64,000 nucleotides of DNA, taken from positions 1,216,001 through 1,280,000 of the forward strand of contig OZ242320.1 in assembly GCA_965208125.1 (NCBI GenBank). Reading direction: 5' to 3'. This DNA is from Candidatus Latescibacterota bacterium (lineage in GTDB: Bacteria > Latescibacterota > UBA2968). The stretch's first letter is position 1. Every line of letters starts with the position of its first letter. Below are positions 55,535-64,000 of this stretch, piece after piece. The notes beneath the pieces were generated by a model. The model was not told the origin of the DNA and searched no databases. It was given only the letters and a program-made list of their open reading frames with translations. The position numbers and the translations under genes were made by a program.

Positions 55535-56545
55535 ATGAATCAAGAGCTGCGCATTGCGTTGCTTGGCACGATTAACCGCGACACGATTCACACCGCCGAT
55601 GGCGTGACAACCGAAAGCTACGGCGGTTTGTTGTACAGCATCCTGGCACTGGCCGAGATCGCATCTTCCCAGGTAGCGATTTACCCCATCTGCAATGTAG
55701 GCGCAGACATGGAAGCCGTAGTGCGCAAAAAACTCGCGCCATATCCACATGTCAAATTCGACGGCATTCAATTTGTATCGGGCAAAAATCCCCACTGCTT
55801 TTTGGATTACGACGCAAACGGACGCAAACGCGAAACCCTGCACAACGATGTCCCGAAAATCTCTTTTTTTCAAATTGAACCATTTTTAGACTGCGATGCA
55901 ATATGCTTTAATTTTATCACCGGAATGGAACTCGCCCTCAAAACCGCACAGCGCGTGCGTCGTTCCGCCACTGGCTTATTGTTAATGGATGTCCACAGTT
56001 TGACCCTGGGCATGGATGAAAAACGCCGCCGATTCTGGCGCGTGCCCCCGCAGTGGAAAAAATGGATGGGATGCGTAGATGTCGTACAAATGAATGAGCA
56101 AGAAGGCGCTTTGCTCGCTGGCGAAACACTCGATAGCAAAGATGCAACACGCCGTTTTGCAAAACAGGTACTGTGCGCGGGACCTTCAGTCTTGATGATC
56201 ACGCGCAGCAATCGCGGTTCTGAGACAATTTTTCAAAATGATCGCTCAGACATTGTAATCGACCCGTTCGGCCCCGCGCCCATAGCCGAACCCTGCGACG
56301 AAACCGGATGTGGCGACACCTTTTTAATGGGATATACCTGGGCCTTCTTGCAAACGGGCAATCGCGCATTTGCCAGTCGTTTTGCCAATCGAGTGGCGGG
56401 TATCAACGTGTGTTTGCGCGGCATTGAGGGCATTGCGAAAATAAGCCAATTCTTAAACCCCGAAGACCTGCCTGTGCAGGACACGCAGACAGGTCAATCT
56501 GCCGTATTAAACGGCATTCTCCCCGGTCCTGAAAGGAGGGCCTGA
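55535..56545 (+). CDS. PfkB-family carbohydrate kinase
   Basis: N..E and DETGCGDTF motifs. Confidence 0.85.
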   Translation: MNQELRIALLGTINRDTIHTADGVTTESYGGLLYSILALAEIASSQVAIYPICNVGADMEAVVRKKLAPYPHVKFDGIQFVSGKNPHCFLDYDANGRKRETLHNDVPKISFFQIEPFLDCDAICFNFITGMELALKTAQRVRRSATGLLLMDVHSLTLGMDEKRRRFWRVPPQWKKWMGCVDVVQMNEQEGALLAGETLDSKDATRRFAKQVLCAGPSVLMITRSNRGSETIFQNDRSDIVIDPFGPAPIAEPCDETGCGDTFLMGYTWAFLQTGNRAFASRFANRVAGINVCLRGIEGIAKISQFLNPEDLPVQDTQTGQSAVLNGILPGPERRA

Positions 56546-57519
56546 TGCAAGAATATCAATTTCCAAACCGTCCAAATTTCGACTTGCAATTCAACCCCAA
56601 GTTCATCTATTACGGGTTAATTGTACTGGCATTGCTCTGGTTGGCCAGTGGCATCTATACGGTGCGGCAAGATGAGCAAGCAGTCGTATTTCGATTCGGA
56701 CAAGCGGTAAGCCTGGAAGATCCCGGCATCCACTACCACTGGCCCACACCCATCGAGCGCATTGAAAAAGAGCGCGTATCAGAGGTAAAACGCCTCGAAG
56801 TCGGCTTTCGCACCATCAGCGTAACGCCCACGCCGAGATACCAGAAGGTCTCAGCCGAATCCGCCATGTTGACCGGCGATGAGAATATCGTCGATGTAGA
56901 ATTGATCGTTCAGTACCGCATCCGCGACTTGGAGAACTACTTGTTCCAGGTCAACGACCAGCGAAAAGCCATCAAAGATGTGACCGAGGCCGCATTGCGC
57001 CAGGTCGTTGGGCAGCGCACCATCGACGAGGCTCTCACAGAGGGCAAGCTGGAAATACAAGAAGAGATACTGAAACAGGTTCAGGAAGTCCTGGACCTCT
57101 ACCAAATTGGCGTGCGCGTCGATCAAGCAAAATTGCAAACCGTGTCTGTACCCCAGGAAGTCGATCACGCATTTAAGGACGTCGCCAACGCGCGAGAAGA
57201 CAAAGAACGTCTCCGCAACGAAGCCGAAGCCTATCGCAATGACATCATCCCAAAAACGCGCGGTGAAGCCGAAAGAATGATCCGCGAAGCCGAAGCCTAT
57301 AAAGTCGAGCGCGTCAAGCGCTCACAGGGCGATGCAGACCGCTTCGTCGAGGTGCTCAAAGAATATCGCAATGCAAAAGACGTGACCGAAACGCGAATGT
57401 ACCTCGAAACAATGGAAAAAATTCTGCCCGGCATACAAAAATACGTCGTCGAATCCGATGGCAAGGGCGGTATCCTCAACGTTCTCAATCTGCAAAAGCC
57501 ATTAGGAGGAGGAAATTGA
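56545..57519 (+). CDS. hflK: FtsH modulator HflK
   Basis: SPFH domain, MLTGDENIV, RMYLETMEKIL. Confidence 0.95.
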   Translation: MQEYQFPNRPNFDLQFNPKFIYYGLIVLALLWLASGIYTVRQDEQAVVFRFGQAVSLEDPGIHYHWPTPIERIEKERVSEVKRLEVGFRTISVTPTPRYQKVSAESAMLTGDENIVDVELIVQYRIRDLENYLFQVNDQRKAIKDVTEAALRQVVGQRTIDEALTEGKLEIQEEILKQVQEVLDLYQIGVRVDQAKLQTVSVPQEVDHAFKDVANAREDKERLRNEAEAYRNDIIPKTRGEAERMIREAEAYKVERVKRSQGDADRFVEVLKEYRNAKDVTETRMYLETMEKILPGIQKYVVESDGKGGILNVLNLQKPLGGGN

Positions 57520-57520
57520 C

Positions 57521-58381
57521 ATGCGCAACCTCGTAACTCTGGTGGTCATTTTGATCGCAGGGAGTATTTTACTGAATGCATCGTGTTATATCGTGGATGA
57601 ACGCGAACAGGTCGTCGTCACAGAATTTGGACAACCCGTACGCACCGTACAGTCCCCTGGTCTGCATTTTAAAATTCCGTTTATCCAACAATTGCACACC
57701 TTCGAAGATCGCCTGCTGTACAGCGATGCCGATCCCAGACAAATTTACACACAGGACAAGAAAAACCTCATCGTCGATAATTTCGCCCGCTGGCGCATCA
57801 CAGATCCACTCAAGTTTTTGGTATCTGTGCAAAATGTCTCTTATGCACAATCGCGCCTGGACGACATCATTTTTTCTGCTGTTCGAGAAGAACTCGGACA
57901 ACGCACGCTGGTCGAGATCGTAGTTACGCACCGCGAGGAAATCATGAAAAAAGTGACAGAGCGCTCCCACGAGGCAGCACTCGGACTGGGCATTGATATC
58001 CTCGATGTGCGGATTAAACGCGCAGACCTGCCGCGGGAAAACAAAAACAACGTATTTGAACGCATGCGTGCCGAGCGCGATCGGCAGGCCAAAGAATACC
58101 GCGCCGAGGGCGAAGAAGCGGCTCTGAAAATCCGCGCGGAAACCGACCTTGAAGTCGCGCGACTCAAATCCGAGGCCCTGCAAAAATCGCAGTTGATCCG
58201 CGGCGAGGGCGATGCCGAGGCATTGCGCATCTATGCCGATGCCTTTGAACAAGACCCCCGCTTTTTTCAATTCTGGCGCACCCTCGAAGCCTATGAAAAA
58301 ACCCTGGGCGAAGGAACAACCGTCGTGATGCCACCCACCAGCGATTTCTTTCAGTACCTGACCAAAAAGCGTCCACGGTAG
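57521..58381 (+). CDS. hflC: FtsH modulator HflC
   Basis: PGLHFKIPF, DKKNLIVD and RMRAER motifs. Confidence 0.95.
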   Translation: MRNLVTLVVILIAGSILLNASCYIVDEREQVVVTEFGQPVRTVQSPGLHFKIPFIQQLHTFEDRLLYSDADPRQIYTQDKKNLIVDNFARWRITDPLKFLVSVQNVSYAQSRLDDIIFSAVREELGQRTLVEIVVTHREEIMKKVTERSHEAALGLGIDILDVRIKRADLPRENKNNVFERMRAERDRQAKEYRAEGEEAALKIRAETDLEVARLKSEALQKSQLIRGEGDAEALRIYADAFEQDPRFFQFWRTLEAYEKTLGEGTTVVMPPTSDFFQYLTKKRPR

Positions 58382-58389
58382 AAATGGAC

Positions 58390-58420
58390 CGTAGGTGCGG
58401 GTTTTAAACCCGCACCTACG
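58390..58420. repeat. Perfect GTAG-type palindrome (REP-like)
   Basis: cgtaggtgcgggttt-t-aaacccgcacctacg. Confidence 0.8.
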
Positions 58421-58441
58421 CCTCAACGCAGAGGCAACCCC

Positions 58442-59374
58442 ATGTCTGCCCGTTCAACGAAAATCTCGTATCTCTGCTTTCTCCTCCTCTTCTCTTTTTC
58501 CGCAGCAAACGCGACAGAATGGCACAGATTTAAACGCGATGACCTCGCCTTATACCTCGCGCATACCGATACGGTTCGAGCACAGACATTCTTGAACGCG
58601 CTCCTTATTGGGCGCAATGAAATCCGGCGCAAACTGGGCGGTGCCCCCGAAATTCCCATAGCGGTTTATCTCGCGCCGAACGAAGCTGTTTTTCGAGAAT
58701 TGACACACGGGCGATTGCCGCACTGGAGCGCGGGGGTTGCATTCCTCGAATCGCGCACCATTGTTCTACAAGCCAGCGCCGACAACTTACTACAGGTTGC
58801 GCGGCACGAATTTGCCCATATATTTTTGCACGCCATCGCGCCATCACGCGTGCCCGTCTGGTTTCACGAAGGCGTGGCGATGTGGGCGTCGCACGAGTGG
58901 CGCTTGCGACAAAGCGCGGCTGTATTTTACGCGGTCTTTTCGGAAAACTTAATCCCGCTCTCCGAAATTGATGAAGTCCTTTCTTTCCCCTCGGCAAAAG
59001 CCGATCTGGCCTACACGGAAAGTTTGCTGGCAGTCTCGTTTTTGATCCGTCTGGGCGGTCCCAATGCCGTGGTCGTCATGCTCTCCGAACTGGAAGCAGG
59101 CGCACCCTTTGAAGTCGCACTATTTCGCGTAACTGGCGAAACACCCCGCGAATTTGAACGGCGATGGCGCGATGATGTACAGGCGCGATTCAGTCTGATG
59201 ACGTTGCTTTTTTCGCCCGATTTGATCTGGCTGTATCTCACCTTGCTCTTGCTACTCGCCTATATATGCGTAAGGCTGCGGAATCGCGCGACCTTGCGGC
59301 GGTGGGAAGCCGAAGACGCAGCCGAAGAATTGACCTTACAATTGCGCGTATATCGCCGAGAGGACGAGCAGTGA
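58442..59374 (+). CDS. Peptidase MA-like metallopeptidase domain membrane protein
   Basis: HEFAH and PVWFHEGVA motifs; signal peptide and C-terminal TM. Confidence 0.8.
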   Translation: MSARSTKISYLCFLLLFSFSAANATEWHRFKRDDLALYLAHTDTVRAQTFLNALLIGRNEIRRKLGGAPEIPIAVYLAPNEAVFRELTHGRLPHWSAGVAFLESRTIVLQASADNLLQVARHEFAHIFLHAIAPSRVPVWFHEGVAMWASHEWRLRQSAAVFYAVFSENLIPLSEIDEVLSFPSAKADLAYTESLLAVSFLIRLGGPNAVVVMLSELEAGAPFEVALFRVTGETPREFERRWRDDVQARFSLMTLLFSPDLIWLYLTLLLLLAYICVRLRNRATLRRWEAEDAAEELTLQLRVYRREDEQ

Positions 59375-59973
59375 TCATAGGCGTAACAGGAGGCATTGGC
59401 GCGGGAAAAAGCACCGTATGCGCTGTATTTGAAGAAGCTGGCGCGCGCGTAATCGACGCCGATGCAACAGGTCACGAAGTACTCCGCGACCCAATTGTAA
59501 TTCACAACCTGACCGACGTATTCGGACGAGAGATTCTGGATGCCGACGGACAAATCGCACGCCGGGAATTGGGCAAGCGAGCCTTTGCGTCTGACAAAAA
59601 TCGCGAAAAACTCAACGCCATCGTATGGCAACCGCTTCGGCAGTTATTGCTGGACAAAATTCATGCGGCTCTGGACAGAGAACCCACACGCCCCGTAGTC
59701 GTGGATGCGGCCCTGCTGGTCGAGCGCGGCGATCCGAAAAAAATCGTCGATATACTCGTAGTAGTAACAGCTCCCGAAGCCTTGCGGATTCAGCGGACAA
59801 TGGCGCGATTGGGCATATCCAGAGCCGAAGTTGCGGCGCGACTATCCGCACAATTGCCCGAAGAAGACAAAGTCGCGGTTGCGGATTTTGTCGTAGTCAA
59901 TGATAAAACACCCGCCGTGTGTCGCCAGCGCGCGCGGGCTATCTGGAACAAATTGCAATGTGAGGAACAATGA
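59371..59973 (+). CDS. coaE: Dephospho-CoA kinase
   Basis: IIGVTGGIGAGKS and IDAD motifs; GTG overlaps the upstream stop. Confidence 0.95.
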   Translation: MIIGVTGGIGAGKSTVCAVFEEAGARVIDADATGHEVLRDPIVIHNLTDVFGREILDADGQIARRELGKRAFASDKNREKLNAIVWQPLRQLLLDKIHAALDREPTRPVVVDAALLVERGDPKKIVDILVVVTAPEALRIQRTMARLGISRAEVAARLSAQLPEEDKVAVADFVVVNDKTPAVCRQRARAIWNKLQCEEQ

Positions 59974-61301
59974 ATTACACGCCACATACAGAACGCGATA
60001 TTCAGCACATGCTCAACGTGATCGGAGTAGCATCCACAGATGATCTGTTTGCACCCGTTCCCGAAACGCTGCGCCTGAACGCGCTCAATTTGCCCCCTGG
60101 AATCAGTGAAATGGAAGCGACGGCTTTTGTGCAATCGCTAACCGATTGCGGGAGCGAGACATCCCTATCGTTTTTGGGCGGAGGTGCTTACGATCACTTT
60201 TCGCCCAGCGTGGTCGATGCCATCATTTCACGAGGCGAATTTTTCACAGCCTACACGCCCTATCAGCCCGAAGTGAGCCAGGGAACCCTTCGGGCTATTT
60301 TTGAATTTCAATCCATGATTTGTGAACTGACCAACATGGAAGTCGCCAATGCGTCCATGTACGACGGTGCTTCTGCACTGGCTGAAGCCGTACTTATGTC
60401 GGTCCGGCTGAACAACCGCACGCGCGTCTTATTGCCGCGCAGCCTGCACCCATTTTACCGCCAGGTGGTGGCGACCTATGTGCGGGGGATAGATCTCGAA
60501 CTCGTGGATATCCCCTGGTCCGACTCCGGCGCACTGGATATCGCCGTTTTGAAGCGCGAATTGAACGACAACACTGCCGCCGTAGTCGTGCAAAATCCGA
60601 ATTTTTTGGGCGTGCTCGAACACCTACACGAAATTGGCGACCTGATCAACAATACCAGAACAGCTTTTATAGCCTGCGTCAACCCCATATCCCTGAGCGC
60701 GATTCGTCCGCCGGGCGACTTCGGCGCCGATATAGTCGTAGGCGATGGGCAGCCATTGGGCCTGCCCCTGTCTTACGGCGGACCTTATGTCGGCTTTTTT
60801 GCATCGCGGGACGCACACGTGCGAAAAATGCCTGGTCGCATCTGCGGCCAGACCACCGATGTAGATGGCAAGCGCGGCTTTGTACTGACATTGCAAACCC
60901 GCGAGCAACACATTCGACGCGAACGCGCCACATCAAACATCTGCACCAACCAGACCCTTTGCGCAACCGCAGCAACCGTGTACCTATCCTCTGTCGGACC
61001 GCAGGGCTTCCGCGAAGTTGGCGAATTGAACTGGCATCAAAGCCATCGCGCATTGCAGGCCTTGACCGCATTAGACGGCGTGCGCCAGAAATTCTCCGGT
61101 CCAATATTTAACGAATTCGTTCTGGAAACAGACCGCAAAGCATCCGATGTCCTGACGGCATTGCGGCATCGTGGCATCGAAGCCGGCATAGACCTGGGCA
61201 GATTTTATCCCGCACTCGAAAATTGTATTCTCACATGTGTCACAGAAAAATGCACAGACGCCGACATTGATCGCCTGATCGATGCATGGAGGACATTGTA
61301 A
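59970..61301 (+). CDS. gcvPA: Glycine dehydrogenase subunit 1
   Basis: TAYTPYQPEVSQG and REQHIRRERATSNICTNQ motifs. Confidence 0.96.
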   Translation: MNYTPHTERDIQHMLNVIGVASTDDLFAPVPETLRLNALNLPPGISEMEATAFVQSLTDCGSETSLSFLGGGAYDHFSPSVVDAIISRGEFFTAYTPYQPEVSQGTLRAIFEFQSMICELTNMEVANASMYDGASALAEAVLMSVRLNNRTRVLLPRSLHPFYRQVVATYVRGIDLELVDIPWSDSGALDIAVLKRELNDNTAAVVVQNPNFLGVLEHLHEIGDLINNTRTAFIACVNPISLSAIRPPGDFGADIVVGDGQPLGLPLSYGGPYVGFFASRDAHVRKMPGRICGQTTDVDGKRGFVLTLQTREQHIRRERATSNICTNQTLCATAATVYLSSVGPQGFREVGELNWHQSHRALQALTALDGVRQKFSGPIFNEFVLETDRKASDVLTALRHRGIEAGIDLGRFYPALENCILTCVTEKCTDADIDRLIDAWRTL

Positions 61302-62740
61302 TGGATCGCGATATATTGATCTTTGAACGCGGCGCACCAGACAGACGCTGTGTCGCATTTCCCGCTGCCGTGGATTCCGGAACAGCGATACCCGAAACCA
61401 TGCGCCGCGACATCCCACCCGGTCTCCCCGAAGTGAGCGAACTGGAACTCGTGCGCCACTACACCGCGCTCTCACAGATGAATTTCAGCATCGATACGCA
61501 TTTTTATCCCCTGGGATCCTGCACGATGAAATACAATCCCAGAGTACATGAAAAAGCGGCGCGTATCCCACAGATCGCGGGATTGCATCCCCTATCGGAA
61601 AATACCCAACCCGCCCTGCAAGTCATCTGGGAAATGGAACAAGTGCTCAAAGCCGTCAGCGGAATGGATGGATTCACCTTTCAACCCACAGCCGGAGCGC
61701 AGGGCGAATTTGTGGGCATCTCACTGATCGCCGCCTATCACAGGGCACAGGACAACGCCAAAAAAATAGTCCTTATCCCCGACTCTGCCCACGGCACAAA
61801 CCCGGCAACCGCGGCAATCTGCGGATATGCAGTACAGGCGATAAAATCAACAGAACGCGGCACAGTTGACGTAGAGGACCTCAAAACGCACTTGACAGAA
61901 GACGTAGCCGGATTGATGTTGACCAATCCCAACACATTTGGCGTATTTGAAGACGAAATTGAAGACATCGCCACGTTGGTACACGACGCGGGTGGCCTCT
62001 TGTATTACGATGGCGCGAACCTGAATGCCTTTCTGGGCCAGTGTCGCCCCGGCGACATGGGCTTTGACGTCGTACACATCAACCTGCACAAAACATTTAC
62101 CACGCCTCACGGAGGCGGGGGACCCGGCTCTGGTCCGGTAGGCGTAAAAAAAGCACTCTTGCCATTCTTACCCCTGCCCGTAGTCCTGAAAGAAGGGGAT
62201 ACATTCAAGCTCGACTTTGACCGCCCGGAATCCATCGGCAAAGTGAGTTCATTCTACGGCAATTTTGGCATGGTCATACGCGCGCTGGTCTATGCCAAAA
62301 TGCTCGGCGCAGAAGGCATGCGCCGCACCAGTGAAATGGCCGTCTTGAATGCCAATTATATCGCGGCAAAACTCGACCCCCACTACGACCGCCCAAAAAA
62401 TGCACAACCCATGCACGAAATGGTATTCTCGGCATCGCGACAAAAAAAGGCGAACGGAATCACCGCAACCGACATCGCCAAACGGCTGATCGATTACGGC
62501 GTCCATCCGCCCACGATCTACTTTCCCCTGCCCAATGTCGCGCCCGAAACCATGCTAATCGAACCGACCGAAACCGAAAGCCTCGAACAGGTCAACGACT
62601 TTATCGAAGCCATGATTCAAATTGCAAAAGAAGCCGAAGAAAATCCCGACCTCCTCAGAGAAGCTCCCCACGCAACGCCCGTGCGAAGACTGGACGAAGC
62701 AACCGCCGCGCGAAAACCCATCCTGCGCTGGAAACTGTAA
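61301..62740 (+). CDS. gcvPB: Glycine dehydrogenase subunit 2
   Basis: PLGSCTMKYNP, NLHKTFTTPHGGGGPG and EPTETE motifs. Confidence 0.96.
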   Translation: MDRDILIFERGAPDRRCVAFPAAVDSGTAIPETMRRDIPPGLPEVSELELVRHYTALSQMNFSIDTHFYPLGSCTMKYNPRVHEKAARIPQIAGLHPLSENTQPALQVIWEMEQVLKAVSGMDGFTFQPTAGAQGEFVGISLIAAYHRAQDNAKKIVLIPDSAHGTNPATAAICGYAVQAIKSTERGTVDVEDLKTHLTEDVAGLMLTNPNTFGVFEDEIEDIATLVHDAGGLLYYDGANLNAFLGQCRPGDMGFDVVHINLHKTFTTPHGGGGPGSGPVGVKKALLPFLPLPVVLKEGDTFKLDFDRPESIGKVSSFYGNFGMVIRALVYAKMLGAEGMRRTSEMAVLNANYIAAKLDPHYDRPKNAQPMHEMVFSASRQKKANGITATDIAKRLIDYGVHPPTIYFPLPNVAPETMLIEPTETESLEQVNDFIEAMIQIAKEAEENPDLLREAPHATPVRRLDEATAARKPILRWKL

Positions 62741-62768
62741 AACACCACACCAAAAAGCAGGTGTTATC

Positions 62769-63587
62769 ATGTCCTTCCAATTCACAGAAAAACACATCGC
62801 CGATTACCACACCCTCGGCTACACCATTTTCCAGGACATCATACCCACATCCCTGGTCACAGACCTGCGCCGCGTCACTGACAAAGCCAGAGAAATAGCG
62901 CGCAAAGTCACCGGACCACAGGCGCAGCGTCTCCAGCCCATAGCCAAATACGACCTCGACCAGCACCCCTTCAAAGACTACGGCGCGTTACCAGAACTCA
63001 ACGACGCCATCCATCGCGTCCTCACCCCGCATCACTACCACGCCGACCTCAACCGCACCGGCATCCTGCTCGAACCCGCCCAATACCCCTGGTGTACGGA
63101 CTGGCACCGCGACTGGCGTGATCACATGCCCCGGGAAGTATTCGAATCTGAATTTCGCGAAGAATGGCAATGGCAATCCTTCCACATCGACTACCAGAAC
63201 CAGGTCAACTGCGCCCTATACGAAGACCCCTCCACCTGGATCGTACCCGGCAGCCACTATCGCCAGCGCAACCTCCCCGGCGAAACCGCCGCCAAAAACG
63301 CCTATGACCGCGACAAATTCCGCAATCAGAAACCCGTATCCAACGAACAACAAGAACGCGACTGCCTCGACTACACGCGCAACATGCCCGGTGCAGTGCA
63401 ACTGCGCCTCAACGCGGGCGACTTCGCCCTCTACCGCTCCAGCGCCTGGCACCTCGGCAACTACGTCCCCTACAGAAAACGCGCCACCATCCACGACTTC
63501 TGCGGCACACCTGAATATTCCCAACACATCAACGAACGCGTTGAAAGAAAAGAAACCGCCATCAAACGCCTTGCATCTGCGACATAA
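62769..63587 (+). CDS. Phytanoyl-CoA dioxygenase (PhyH) family Fe(II)/2OG oxygenase
   Basis: Y...GY, WHRD, VPGSH and L.AGD...WH motifs. Confidence 0.8.
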   Translation: MSFQFTEKHIADYHTLGYTIFQDIIPTSLVTDLRRVTDKAREIARKVTGPQAQRLQPIAKYDLDQHPFKDYGALPELNDAIHRVLTPHHYHADLNRTGILLEPAQYPWCTDWHRDWRDHMPREVFESEFREEWQWQSFHIDYQNQVNCALYEDPSTWIVPGSHYRQRNLPGETAAKNAYDRDKFRNQKPVSNEQQERDCLDYTRNMPGAVQLRLNAGDFALYRSSAWHLGNYVPYRKRATIHDFCGTPEYSQHINERVERKETAIKRLASAT

Positions 63588-63689
63588 ATACATCCGACGT
63601 CATGCACATAACTATTGTCTCTGAATTTTTCTATTCGTAAATTTAGCAACAATTATACAAATCACACGTTCACCTACAGGAGCCATGTC

Positions 63690-64000
63690 ATGCAACTCAC
63701 ACCCGAACAAATCCGCGAATTTTACGACCGCGGTTACGTCAAAATACCTGGAGCCATATCAAAAGCCATGGTCGATACCGCGCGTCAGGCCGTCAACCAT
63801 TCCATCGGCACCCTGGGCCCAAATGGCGAAGACATGTCCAAACATCGCGCAGCGCAATTCTGCCGCGACTTGAATGGTGCCCCGGTTATCATGAACCTCT
63901 TCAACGCCAGCCCGGTCATCTCCCTCGCCGAATCCCTCATGGGAGAAGGCAACTTGCAAAAACCCATCAGAGGCGCGCAAGTCGCCCCGCGCTTTCCCAC
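63690..64000 (+). CDS. Second PhyH-like dioxygenase (partial, runs off the window)
   Basis: AGGAG RBS; MQLTPEQIREFYDRGYVKIPGAI, open to the window end. Confidence 0.65.
   Translation, partial: MQLTPEQIREFYDRGYVKIPGAISKAMVDTARQAVNHSIGTLGPNGEDMSKHRAAQFCRDLNGAPVIMNLFNASPVISLAESLMGEGNLQKPIRGAQVAPRFP

Noticed and set aside
59970-62740. gcvPA/PB without gcvT/gcvH as unusual
   Set aside because: Split and dispersed glycine-cleavage genes are common.

Overview
Bacterial chromosomal window of about 50% GC. The gene repertoire (dockerin/EF-hand, internalin-LRR, WD40 and FN3 surface proteins, PhyH paralogues, CehA/McbA hydrolase, hpnCDE) suggests a Latescibacterota/Gemmatimonadota-like marine or sponge-associated organism; this is inference only. 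Left to right: (1) a Doc toxin translationally coupled to a putative HEPN protein whose C-terminus looks like the Phd-type Doc-neutralising helix, plus a small repeat protein; (2) ExeA ATPase; (3) a long envelope operon: GT2, tonB-exbB-exbD, ECF sigma/anti-sigma, CpxP-like protein, RND adaptor with a GRGQMGQG tail, RND pump, RDD protein and a ~2080-aa FN3 lipoprotein with five 885-bp repeats; (4) a sigma54 activator with a pseudo-receiver, thrC and hpnCDE; (5) an accessory region at ~27-45 kb of shuffled cohesin/dockerin-type secreted proteins interleaved with toxin/nuclease genes. It is punctuated by five copies of one terminator-hairpin element, a duplicated 32-bp promoter and a repeated pair of convergent structured non-coding RNAs (B x3, A x2); (6) housekeeping and metabolic genes: aspC, SDR, CehA/McbA, IlvD-like dehydratase, phosphosugar mutase, ytfI/J-like pair, recG, PfkB kinase, hflKC, coaE, gcvPA/PB, PhyH. 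REP-like palindromes are scattered throughout. No rRNA, tRNA, CRISPR array, integrase, transposase or reverse transcriptase was recognised. All assignments come from motif recognition by eye, not database searches.
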